A DNA stretch of 64,000 nucleotides, taken from assembly GCA_037447605.1 (NCBI GenBank), contig CM074810.1, positions 2,514,880-2,578,879 of the forward strand, in the 5' to 3' direction. Position numbers and translations under genes: made by a program. The notes beneath the pieces are model-generated. The model was not told the origin of the DNA. It worked only from the letters and a program-made list of their open reading frames with translations, and made no database searches. Positions 11,946 to 23,477 of this stretch are shown piece after piece (within the stretch, counting starts at the first letter, position 1; every line of letters begins with the position of its first letter). Origin of the DNA: Zygnema circumcarinatum SAG 698-1b. Its lineage: Eukaryota; Plantae; Zygnematophyceae.

Positions 11946-13788
11946 ATGAAGCTGTTCCGGATATGGCGTTGGTGTTGATCGCCTTGTTCAACGAGGTGGA
12001 CTTGAGAACGCAAGTGTTGGCGGCGGGTCCACTCAGCGTGTAGGCGAAGGCCGTACACTTTGGCTCGGCCTTGCATTTGGCGCAGCACGCCTCCTTAGAC
12101 GTGACAGCTGTCACGGTCTTCAGGTCAAAGCCGCGGTAGCTATAGCCCTGGTCGTAGGTGCAGGTAGTGGTACCCACTGAAAAAAAAAAAAAAACAAACA
12201 AAAATGTTTATTGGTGGGTCTTCCTGACAAGCATTAGGAAGAGGAGGTGCGAAGATAAATGTTAAATTTGTTGAAGTTACGTTTTTTGAAGTCATTTTGA
12301 TTGTCTTTAAGTTAGGTTATTTTTGGGTATCTGTGGTAATATGTTAAGCTTTTTTTTTTTTTTTTAGACGTACCGGCGGAGGTGGCGGAGACCATATTGG
12401 GAGTCGAAACTCTGTTATTGGTCGCGAATTTTAGGTCGCAGTTTTTCGCTCTGTCCCCCGTTGTGAAGTAAGAGAAGGCGACGCATTTTATGGTGGCTGT
12501 GCACCAATAGCAGCAGCTCTCCTTGTTGGGGACATTGGGAAAAGTTGAAATGTTGAACAATGGGTATTCATACCCACTCTCGAAGGTACATGTTCCTGCA
12601 CAAGTTGCAGCAGCCAAGTTTATACATGTTAGAATTCAAAAGCGAAGGCTTAATCGACTCAATGTGTTGGTGCTCATGCCCGGACGGGAGGGAGAGGAGG
12701 GAGGGAGGGAGGGAGGGAGGGAAAGAAAGGGAGGAAGGGAAGGGATGAGGGAAGGAAGGGAGAGAGGGAGGAAGGGAGGGACACAGGGAAGGAGGGAGAG
12801 AGGGAAAGAAGGAAGGAGGGAGGGAAGGGAGGAAGGAAGGGAGGGAAAGAGGGAGGGAAGGAGGGAGAGAGGGAGGGAGGGAAGGGATGGAGGAAAGGCA
12901 GGAAGGTGGGGAGAAAGGGGAGGAAGGGACGGGCACAGGGAGGGAGGGAGAGAGGGAAAGAAGGAAGGAGGGAGGGAAGGAAGAAAGGAGGGAGGGAAAG
13001 AGGGAGGGAGGGAAGGGATGGAGGGAAGGGAGGAAGGGAGGGAGAGAGGGAAGGGACGAAGGGAGGGACGGGAGGGAGGAGGGAGCGAAGGGTGGAGAGA
13101 GGGAGGGAGGGACGGAGGGACGGAGGGAGGGAGCGAGGGAGGGAGGGAGGGAGGGAGGGATGCACAAGAACACCAACATCGCCTGCTGATTGTTTGATGT
13201 GTACCTGTTGCCACGCCGGAGGTGGCTGTTGGGTCCGCCACGGGGTTGTTGATGGCCTTCTTTAGAACGCATTTGTTGGCGTTAACGCCGCTCACAAAGA
13301 AGGTGAATGCACTGCAGCCGGCGGTCTTGCGGCACTCGAGGCAGCACTCGTCCCGGCTGTCAAGGGAGGGGACGGTGGAGAGGTCGTTGCCGGGAAAGTT
13401 GAACCCCGCCTGAAAAGTGCAGCCTGCATTACCCCAATAAAGAAAAAAAGACTTAGTGGGAACTTTAGTCGGAACTTTAGTCGGAACGTAGTAATATAAG
13501 TTGCGATCAGCTCGAGATGAAGCTCTTAAACTGTAAGCTATGATTTGGTTTTACAATGCAGAAAAATCGCAAGATTTGGGACTCCGTAATGAAGAAAGGT
13601 GATTTTTTTGTTGCCTGACTGAAGGCTGGAAAGGATCGAATAAGAAGTTTTGACCTCAAAAAGCAAAAACCTAAAAGACCTAAAAGCTGATGATTGCCAA
13701 AAACCTAAAAAAATGGTAGTCAGTTACTGAGGAAAGCAGCCTCTAAAGCATTTTTCTTACTGGGTATTACTCTTTTCCACTCTTAATA

Positions 13789-13862
<74 letters not shown>

Positions 13863-14423
13863 CTCTGCTGGCACTTTCCTCTCCCTCTCTTTCTCTCCTA
13901 TCTCTCTGTTACTCGATTTATCCCTCTACCGTCTCTCTTCCCCTCTCCCTCTGCCTCTCTCTATCCTACTCTCACTCTCTCCCTCCATACACTGCGCTAA
14001 AATTGCTTCTAATTTTTGCAGATTTAGGGTCCAAGTATTCGCATTAAGCAACAACCCCCCCTAAGCTTTAGTCATGTCCAGAAGAATCTTTGGAAATTTT
14101 GAACTTTTTTAAAAAACAGGAAACTATTGCTTCGAGAAGAAAGTGGATATTAGACTCCAAAAAAGACTGAACTTTTAGGTCCTTTAAAAACACCAAGGAA
14201 GCTGTTTTTCCTTCACTGCTACCTCTAAAGTAAAACGGTAAGAAAAAAATAAATGAATATAAATAATATATTAGTAATACAGTATAGCACTAAATTACTA
14301 TTTTTATAAAATTAAGACAAGGAAGATAATGGAAACAAAAAAAAAGTTACCTTGTGCGAGCGCCTTCACAACAAGGAGCTGAACAAGTGCCAAGAGGAGG
14401 ATGGAGGAAGCCATGGAAGCCAT
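11946..14423 (-). CDS. Secreted triple PAN/Apple-domain protein, paralog 1
   Basis: Exons: 14423-14351 (73 nt, MASMASSILLLALVQLLVVKALAQ signal peptide), 13423-13205 (domain A, CTFQAGFNFPGNDL...CCLECRKTAGCSAFTF...KCVLKK), 12595-12374 (B, ...CCYWCTATIKCVAFSYF...CDLKF), 12176-11946 (C, CTYDQGYSYRGFDL...CCAKCKAEPKCTAF...CVLKS). All introns are phase 1 GT-AG. The short terminal exon was not fixed. Confidence 0.88.
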
Positions 14424-14770
14424 CTCGCCAACGGAAATTTGTTTAAGGAGAACGGAATTTCTCTGAATATACAAGTCACATGGAACGCCACGTCAGCTCA
14501 AGCAACGCTGTACCGTACCTGCCAGCCGGCACCTTCCGTTAGATTCAACGGCAAACTGAGAATCACAAAAAAATAAAAAAGGCAAACTATCTCACCTTGT
14601 ATTCTTTCGCCTTCTCTCCCCCTCTCTCACTCCCTCTCCCTCTCTCTCCCTTTACCTCTCTCTCTCTCACTCTATATATCTCTCACTCTCTCCCTCTCTC
14701 TCACTCTCTCTCCCACAGGTTTTAGTTCAAGCAGCAGCTGCAGATTGCCGCTTCCCCGCCTTCCCGCGCT

Positions 14771-14777
14771 CTAAATA
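14771..14777 (-). promoter_or_regulatory. TATA-like TATTTAG upstream of the GA-rich 5'UTR of PAN paralog 1
   Basis: Followed on - by a GA-rich leader, a GTGAG donor near 14595 and an AG acceptor near 14463 before the ATG; same layout as paralog 2. Confidence 0.45.
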
Positions 14778-16926
14778 GACCGCCGCCGCTACAGTAACCG
14801 CGTGAGGTCTAAATCTGTACGGATGGAAGGTAGACCCAGAACGGAATTTAACTGCCCGACCAATCCCTTCACGCCACGTATGCGCGACTGCCGAATTCTT
14901 CGGTGGTCGTTTGTCGCCGTCGAACTGCCGCCGGGCCGGACCGTCTCCAAATGTCGGCGAATCGGCAGCGGCCACCGGCCGGCACATGGCCGTGTGGTCG
15001 CTATACGACAAAACATGTGCCCCTTGAAAATTTTCTGCTGGGATTCGGACATGTCGGATTGGGTATGATGAGACAAAATAGTACAAACAATTAATTTTTG
15101 AGTAGAACAGGACTTTTTAGAGGGAGTGTAACTTTGAGAATTGGCCATTTTTTAAATAAAGTACTCATTTTGGTTTACGCTTGGAGGAAGTTTTGGCGTG
15201 GGCATTAAATTAGCCAATTAGAAACTGCCACGTAAGCACACTTTCACGTGGACCTGCTAGAGTGGATCCTAGATCAATGATTCTTGACTTGTCAAAATGG
15301 AGGTACAGTAGTGTAAGGACAATTTCCGAGGGTAGCCCAGAGCCCAAAAACATAGACCTCACGCATCCGTACATGGGGGGACGTAGGTGTGGAAATTTCG
15401 TCCGACGTTTGTCGGGATGCTTGCTTGAAATTCGCACAAAAAGACAAAAATATACCACCAATGTCGGTCGTGCTGATTTGGCGAGTCCCACTTTCTCAAA
15501 GCAGACAAAAAAATCATTTGGACGTTCTTAAATGGAATGTCGGTAGAAATCACCAGACCCCGCCACGTTGCACATTCTTTTGACGAATTTAATGCTTATC
15601 ACACGTGTCGTGCAGAGCGCGTAGCCACGTGGCATCCAACTTCATCCACGTCACTCATTCGTACATTTGACCAATATCGAAGTTGACTCTGGCCAATCCC
15701 AGCGCGCCACGTCGAACCGTCGCTATCTCTGCTGGCCGGCGAACTTCCGGTCGGCCGGCGGCCTGAGGGAGTCCGACCGCCTCCCGCCGGCCGAGGCCAC
15801 CTCGCAACGCGCCAAAATCGCTAAACGCCAAACACCACAGCGGTCAAATTTTGACTACCGTACATTTTGAAGCGCCAAGTGCGCTTGGGTTGCCACGTGG
15901 CATAGTCGCTTATTGGCCTTGCCGAAGAGGCGGAGCCAGTGGGCGCCTGCCACGCGGCAGCCAGTGGGCTACGATCGATCTAGGAACGTCGTAGGTCGGT
16001 GCTTGAATGGCCGTACGAGGTCCTAATACACGTTTCGTTCAACAACGCGGTAACTCATTCGTATGGCACTCTCTCTCATTCTCTCTCTCCATCTCTCGCT
16101 CTTCCTCCCCCCCTCTCTCTCTCTCACTCTCTCTCCCTCTCTCTCCTTTCCTTTCTCTTTCTCTTGCCCTCTCCCTCCCCCTTCTCCCGCTCTCCCTCTC
16201 TTTTCTCGCCTCCCTCACCCCGCCTTGCTCCACATAGAGGGGCTCAAATCAATCACTCCCTTCGTCCTCCTCCAGCTATGGCCGCCAGGACATGTCCCAC
16301 ACGCAGCCATGGCGGCGCCCCCTTCCCTCACCCTCCGCACACCTCCTGTTGACGGTGAGAGCACATCAAGGTTTGTGGTACTCACTCAGATCATGTATGG
16401 GATGTACTGCATAGTGCGACGATGGCTCACCATAGTACGACGCTTGGGAGCGTGCGACAATGCGAGGCGATGTCGCAGGACCAGTCGCATGGGCTTTCGG
16501 ATCGTACGGACAAGTACGGAAAAGTACGGACATGTACGGATGTGTATGAAATGTACGGGCTTGGGATGTACGGCTGGTTGTACGGACGCTGAGTTAAGGC
16601 TGAGTGGTCCAGGCTTGTATGATAAAAAGCCTGCAGGATTTATTTATTGGAGGGATGGAGGGTTTACAGAGGCTGGTAATGAAAAGCTGTGCGCTTAACT
16701 ATTGAGCTGTACCTTCATGATTATCCTTAATAGAGTTTTATGGCCCGTAAGGCTTTCTCCATATGTTCTGCATTTGTATGTGTTCTATTTTGCTTGTATG
16801 CTTCTTGATTGCTTTGAGTTTGCAGTTTGTTCTAACTCATGCTTTGAAGGATTTGGACGACAGAAAGAGCAGTAAAACCCTATCTCCTCCCTCCCGCTGC
16901 ACTACAGCAGCATTGGTATCGCTCAC

Positions 16927-17007
16927 AACCTAAAAACCCTAAAAACCCTAAAAACCCTAAAAACCCTAAAAACCCTAAAAACCCTAAAAACCCTAAAAAC
17001 CCTAAAA
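16927..17007. repeat. Telomere-like (CCCTAAAAA)n = TTTTTAGGG array, 8-9 units
   Basis: Perfect 9-bp tandem units; further copies at 17327-17354 (G-strand) and 17414-17437. Confidence 0.9.
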
Positions 17008-17160
17008 GCTCTGTAACTCGATAAGAGCAGCGACCTCTTCAGATTGGGGGCAGATTTGCATTCACTCTTGCAGATTAAGAATCGATTTTATCGCAAACCA
17101 TCACTCTCTGCTTCTTTCTAAGGTTGTTGGTTCCATGTGTGAACGACTGAAGGATTGTGC

Positions 17161-17312
17161 ATGTGCGCCTATGCAGATGATGGGTGCGACTACCGTGGCT
17201 TTGACATGAAGAAACAAATTCCTAACTTGCTTCCGATTGGCCTGCTGCCCTGCCTCAAACGGGCAGCCAAAAGTGCTCTGTTTCTTAAACCTGTATCGTG
17301 AGGGGCCGTAAA
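17161..17312 (+). pseudogene. Decayed PAN/Apple C-type exon (sixth family member remnant)
   Basis: Reads CAYADDGCDYRGFDMKKQ (compare CAYQDGFDSRGFDL and CTYEEGVDSRGFDVKQQ), then via frameshifts CCPA..GQP and KCSV followed by a stop. The DNA aligns with paralog 2 exon C (TTGCTTCC...GG.CTGCTGC...GCC...TGC). Confidence 0.7.
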
Positions 17313-18138
17313 GATCTTCCATCCTCTTTAGGGTTTTTAGGGTTTTTAGGGTTAAGTCGTCCTGCAGGAACAAAGTCACGAGATGAGCAACATCTCGTGC
17401 CATCATCATCATCTTAAAACCCTAAAAACCCTAAAAACAAACAAACGGGTACAAGCACACCCATGCGCCTCTCACGTGCACTTGAAGCATGCGAAATACT
17501 TTTGCTGCATTGACATTCAGATGAATGCTCGCGAATGCTTGCGTCCCAGCATAATAGAAGCAGCATAACCGCGAAAAATGCACGAATTAAACAGGTAGAA
17601 CTTGGGTCATGTGCGCATGGCTAATTTTTCCCATGCTTTAAAAAAATCGTGCTGAACTTGCGGCAGTCAAAAATCACTTCCTAGTGCTCCCCCCTAAAAA
17701 TATGACCATTTTAAACGAACTCACTTTAAGCGGCCAGTTTTTACGCCTTAAGATGGCCATTGAGCGCCTTGCAGAGTGAGGATATATATAAGCCGAGAGG
17801 TGCCCACGTGGCGGACTTCCATTGGTCGCATCCACTTGGAGAGATGGACCGCCCTCTGCCCCTCACTGTAGCTTCGGCAGTTAAAGGACTTCCCCTTATA
17901 TAAAAACGACAAAGGTAAAGGTCAGGGAGGACGCCATGGTCGAAGGTTCCCGAGAGCGGCGCGGCCAACTGCCGGCCGATCCACATTACCAGACGCCCCA
18001 ACTGACGAACCGGCCGGTAACTAACTGTAACCGATCTAACGGATCCCTCTTTCCGAGAGGACGAAGGCGAGTCCGATTTCGCAAGATTCACAAGCGCTGT
18101 TGCTGGTGCTATGTCATATACGGTAAGAAAAAATGTAA

Positions 18139-18310
18139 ATGTCGGTGATGAATTACAATGTCGGTGCCATGGTTTGAAATCTCGGTGCAATATTTTCGAT
18201 GTCGGTGCCGTACTTTCAGAATCTTAATGCGGTACTCCCAATGTCAGTGCCAAGCTCCCAAATGTCGGTAAGGATTCTAAAATGTCGGTAAGGATTCTAA
18301 AATGTCGGTA
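18139..18310. promoter_or_regulatory. Phased array of ATGTCGGT (=ACCGACAT; DRE/CRT or TGTCGG AuxRE-like) with about 20-bp period
   Basis: Copies at 18139, 18158, 18199, 18262, 18282 and 18302, plus variants at 18179 and 18241; three are the full TACCGACAT on -. Confidence 0.6.
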
Positions 18311-18960
18311 CCGTACTTGACTGTACACTGTGATAGGTGCGTCAGACCTGGCCAGCCTTAAAAGACAAGATCAAGAACCCCAGAATTAGTACTCATCATT
18401 AGAGTCGAACTATATCGACGGACTGTTGAGACAAAATATTGTACGGTACTCTTGAAATGCGACGTGTCACACATTAATTGGACCTCAGTTAAAAAACACG
18501 TGGCGTTCTTTAATTGGTTACCATTCTAAGATTGTCCGTACACTCAATTATTCCCCATTATGTACGGCCAGATTGCTACAAATTCCCCCTTTATAATACG
18601 ACAAACCAGATCCTGAAACGACGGTTATTTCATGCCGTTGAGCCGTTTGACTGGACAAGTGGCCGTTTGACCAACAAGTGGCCGGTGCGGGCGGCAAGTT
18701 TGTCCGTTTGCGCGTCCGAACGCCGCCAAATTCTGCCGCCTCCGACTTCCTCTGACGGTCAGGCCCAGCCGGCCACGGGGGCACGCGGCTGCCACGTGGA
18801 CCGACGGAGGGCCGAAGAGCCACGTGTGAAGGACGGCCAAAGGGAAAATAGGTGTGATGGGCTCGTACGATGAAAATGTACGGACTCGTGTGAAAGGTAC
18901 GGTACGGAGGCTTCTCGTGACGGTTGGCGGCGCGGCGGCAACCGTCGAAGGGGGAGAGGA

Positions 18961-18967
18961 TATATAG
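18961..18967 (+). promoter_or_regulatory. TATA box (TATATAG) of PAN paralog 2
   Basis: Followed by a GA-rich leader and a 5'UTR intron (GTGAG at 19208, AG at 19533-19534) before ATG 19580. Confidence 0.6.
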
Positions 18968-19579
18968 AGCGAGTGGGAGTGGGAGTGGATGTGAGAGTGA
19001 GACAGAGAGAGAGAAGGAGAGAGTGAGAGACAGGGAAAGAGAGAGTGAAAGAGACAGGAAGGGGAGGGAGAGAGAGATAGAGAGAGAGGGGGGAGAGACA
19101 GGAAGAGTGGGCGAGAGAGTGAGGTAGAGAGAGCGAGGGAGGGAGGAAGGACGAAAGGGAGAAAGAGGGACAGGAAGAGAGAGAAACAGGAGAAACAGCG
19201 TCTAAAGGTGAGACGGGAGGCCACGGAAGGGCGAGAGCAGTGAGAGAGAGTGAGAGAAGCAGTGGCGGGGGGGGAAGCAGAGAGTGCGAGAAGTGAAGCT
19301 GAGAACAGGCAAATAGTAAATTCCCAGGGAATATATTCGTAGGGTCATACATGGAGTGAATTTTTTCTAAGGTCTTTGGAGGGAAAGGTTGCCTGCATTT
19401 ATCTTTACAAAAAAAAGCAACTTTCTGACTTCTTATCTTTTAACTTTAACTAACTAAGTTTAGCTATTAATTCTGTCTTTTTCCGATTCATTTGACCCAC
19501 TGTGTGTGCTGACACATTCTTTTTTTCTCTACAGGAAGCGGAGTTCGAGCTGTTGAGGAAGATAGAATTTTTTGGAGTA

Positions 19580-19799
19580 ATGGCTTCCTCATTTTCTTCC
19601 TCTCTTGAAGTGAAGTTCCTTTTGGTCGTAACAATGGCAGCCATAGCCCATGGTAGGCTGATCACTCCTTCAATCCTTTACTATTTAATTTTATTTAATT
19701 ATTGTTTTTTTTTTTTTTGAATAGTGTTTCAAGGAAACCTACGTAAGCATCCCCAAAATAACCTAAGCTTAAAACTAAAAGGCTGATCAGAACCACTAT

Positions 19800-19863
<64 letters not shown>

Positions 19864-21638
19864 TTCAAACCTTCAACAATTTCAAACCACCCATCTCCTT
19901 ATCTCCAATTCGTTAACTGTTGCTGATTTCAATGCTGCTTTTCTCTCCCAATTGCAGGCTGCACATTTCAAGATGGGTTTCATTTCCCGGGAAACACTCT
20001 CTCCACCGTTAATTCCATAGAGAGCCGAGAGTCTTGCTGCTTGGAGTGCCGGAACACAATTGGATGCATCGCCTTCACGTTCTATGTGAGCGGAGCGAAT
20101 GCAAATAAATGTTTGCTAAAATATGCGATCAATAATCCTGTGGCGGACGCCTCGGTCTCCTCCGGCATATCAACAGGTGAAGAGATATGAGAGAGAGAGT
20201 GTGTGAGAGGGAGAGGGAGAGTGAGAGAGAGAGTGTGAGAGAGAGAGAAAGATCATTGTTTCATCCCCCTTTGTCTTTAAACAAAATCGAAAACCTTTTC
20301 GTAAGCATTTTTTTATTGAAAATGGGTTGTATTTAATTTATCTCAACGCCATGTTCAAAGCTAGGGGTCATACACTTGCTTAAGTTGAGAGCAAACTCGG
20401 AAGCTGTGCATATACCAATATAGAACATTGAAATTTCGTCAGAGAAATTGAAATTTTGAGTGGTTTCTGATGGACATTTTGCAGGAGTGTGCTCCTTTGG
20501 CCCTGGAATTGAGTACCCACAATTCAGCATTTCCACTTTTCCCGATGTTCCAAACAAAGAGACGTGCTGCTATTGGTGCACAGCCACCACCAAGTGCGTG
20601 GCCTTCACATACTTTGCATCTGGTCCAAAAGCGAACCAATGTGAACTCAAATTCGCCGTCAACAACAAGCTGCTCTCAAGCACGGATACAGTCGCAGGAA
20701 CTATGGCTGGTAAACCATCAAAACAGAGTGAGAGAGAGAGAGTGAAAGAACGAAAGAGAGAGAGAGAGAGAGAAAACGAGTAAGAGAGAGAGGGAGGGGG
20801 AGAGAGGGGGAGAGAGGGAGAGAGGGGGAGAGAGAGAGAGGGGGAGGNNNNNNNNNNGGAGAGGGAGAGAGGGGGAGAGAGGGAGAGAGGGAGACGGGGA
20901 GAGGGAGAGAGGGGAGGAGAGAGAGAGAGGGAGAGGGGGAGAGGGGGAGAGGGAGAGAGAGAGAGGGAGTTAACGCCCAAAACCATTTGATAATCCTTTC
21001 TCCTTCTCTTCCTCAAAACAAACTTTTTTGCAATCCTGTGCGTGCAGCAACTTCAAGTCAATGTACCTACGAGACAGGATTGACGTATCGAGGATTGGAT
21101 CTGAAGTCAGTGGCGGGTGTTGCTTCCAAGGAGGACTGCTGCAAGGCCTGCAAGGGGACCCCCAACTGCACCGCCTTCAACTACGCTTTGAGCGGACCCA
21201 ACTCTAAGACTTGTGCTCTCAAATATACAACGTTGAACGTGACTAACAGTTTAGCTGTTTCGGGAACAGCAACAAGTAGGGCTCGGACTCAACTCCCTGC
21301 TCTTCTCTCCCTCTCACTCCCTCTCCCCCCCGTCTCCCCCTCTCACTCCCTCTCCCCTCTCTACTGCCCCTCTCGCTCCCTCTTCCCCCCGTCTCTCCCT
21401 CTCACTCCCTCTCCCCGCTCTTCTCCCCCTCTCACTCCCTCGCCCCCCGTCGCTCCCTCCCACTCCCTCTCCCCGTTCTTCTCCCCCTCTCAATCCCTCT
21501 CCCCTTGTCTCCTCCTATCACTCCCTCTCCCCTCGTCTCCCCCTCTCACTCTCTCCCCCGCACTTCTCCCCCACTCACTCCCCCGCCCCCCTTCTCGCTG
21601 TCCTTTCGCGCGCGCACTCTCCAACCCTTGTTTCCCCC

Positions 21639-21671
<33 letters not shown>

Positions 21672-21767
21672 GACACTTCTGACCGATTGCGTGATTTCTG
21701 GGTGGTATAAACAGTAAATTCATGCAACCCATCCCTCCCCTTTTAATGCACATCAGAACCGGCTTGA
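19580..21767 (+). CDS. Secreted triple PAN/Apple-domain protein, paralog 2 (about 251 aa)
   Basis: Exons: 19580-19652 (73 nt signal peptide MASSFSSSLEVKFLLVVTMAAIAH), 19958-20176 (A), 20485-20709 (B), 21048-21275 (C), 21757-21767 (KPA-stop, tentative). All introns are phase 1 GT-AG; each domain has 6 Cys. Confidence 0.88.
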
Positions 21768-23444
21768 ACCCAATCGAGAGCTCGTAAGTTTCTTTTAAAC
21801 TTAGCCTGCCGAAGCACAGTGGTGAAATAAGGCTTTATTAGGGCTGAATTTTTTTATGATGACTGTTTCTGCTTTTGTGTAAAAAAAACATAAATCTACA
21901 GCAGGAACTGATATTCTGTTGTTTCCGTTTGACACGCAGGCGGTATTAAAATGTGATAATCTCATCGGATATTTCCAACTGAAATTTTTATTGAATCTGG
22001 AGGAGAAAGAAACCATCTTTATCTAAAAACAGTTCTCTTTTTTGAACTGAAAGAGAGCACGCGAACAATTCCATCAAAAGATACGGCCAATAATGTAAAG
22101 AGTTTTGAGCATTTCATTTCTTTTCAATTGAAAATTTTCATTGTCGATTGAATCGCAGATATAAACGCTGTGAAGTAGTCCACAGAGGAAGCCGTATTCG
22201 TTTTTGCAATAGATTGAAATTTCTGGATAGAGGCTTATAGCTCTTTAGAAGGAGCTAACCATTTTTTCAGAAAAAAATTAACTACGTTTTTCTTCAATTA
22301 CGTGGTTTTTAAAGCAGCTTCTCTGGAAGCTTTGGGTCAGCAGATTCCTGTTCTTGGTACTCTCGCTATTTTTAACTTAACGTTATTTATTCCGATTCAT
22401 TTTTCCTTTAAATTTTTTATCTGATTGCAAGCATTCGTATGTACCTGATATCTCCCTCTCTCTCTCTCGTTTGTCCAGACTCCTTCCCTCGTTCCTCTCC
22501 GTCTCCCTCACTCTTTCCCTTCTTCCTGCTCGTCTACTCTTTACTTCTACGCCTTTTCACTCCCCTTAACACCCCTCTCTCTTTCTCCTCTCCTCTCCCT
22601 ATCTTCGCTCTCTCTCTCCCTCCCCTCTCTCTCTCCATCCCTTCACTCACTCTCTNNNNNNNNNNGGAGAGGGAGAGAGGGGGAGAGAGGGAGAGAGGGA
22701 GACGGGGAGAGGGAGAGAGGGGAGGAGAGAGAGAGAGGGAGAGGGGGAGAGGGGGAGAGGGAGAGAGAGAGAGGGAGTTAACGCCCAAAACCATTTGATA
22801 ATCCTTTCTCCTTCTCTTCCTCAAAACAAACTTTTTTGCAATCCTGTGCGTGCAGCAACTTCAAGTCAATGTACCTACGAGACAGGATTGACGTATCGAG
22901 GATTGGATCTGAAGTCAGTGGCGGGTGTTGCTTCCAAGGAGGACTGCTGCAAGGCCTGCAAGGGGACCCCCAACTGCACCGCCTTCAACTACGCTTTGAG
23001 CGGACCCAACTCTAAGACTTGTGCTCTCAAATATACAACGTTGAACGTGACTAACAGTTTAGCTGTTTCGGGAACAGCAACAAGTAGGGCTCGGACTCAA
23101 CTCCCTGCTCTTCTCTCCCTCTCACTCCCTCTCCCCCCCGTCTCCCCCTCTCACTCCCTCTCCCCTCTCTACTGCCCCTCGCTCCCTCTTCCCCCCGTCT
23201 CTCCCTCTCACTCCCTCTCCCCGCTCTTCTCCCCCTCTCACTCCCTCGCCCCCCGTCGCTCCCTCCCACTCCCTCTCCCCGTTCTTCTCCCCCTCTCAAT
23301 CCCTCTCCCCTTGTCTCCTCCTATCACTCCCTCTCCCCTCGTCTCCCCCTCTCACTCTCTCCCCCGCACTTCTCCCCCACTCACTCCCCCGCCCCCCTTC
23401 TCGCTGTCCTTTCGCGCGCGCACTCTCCAACCCTTGTTTCCCCC

Positions 23445-23477
<33 letters not shown>

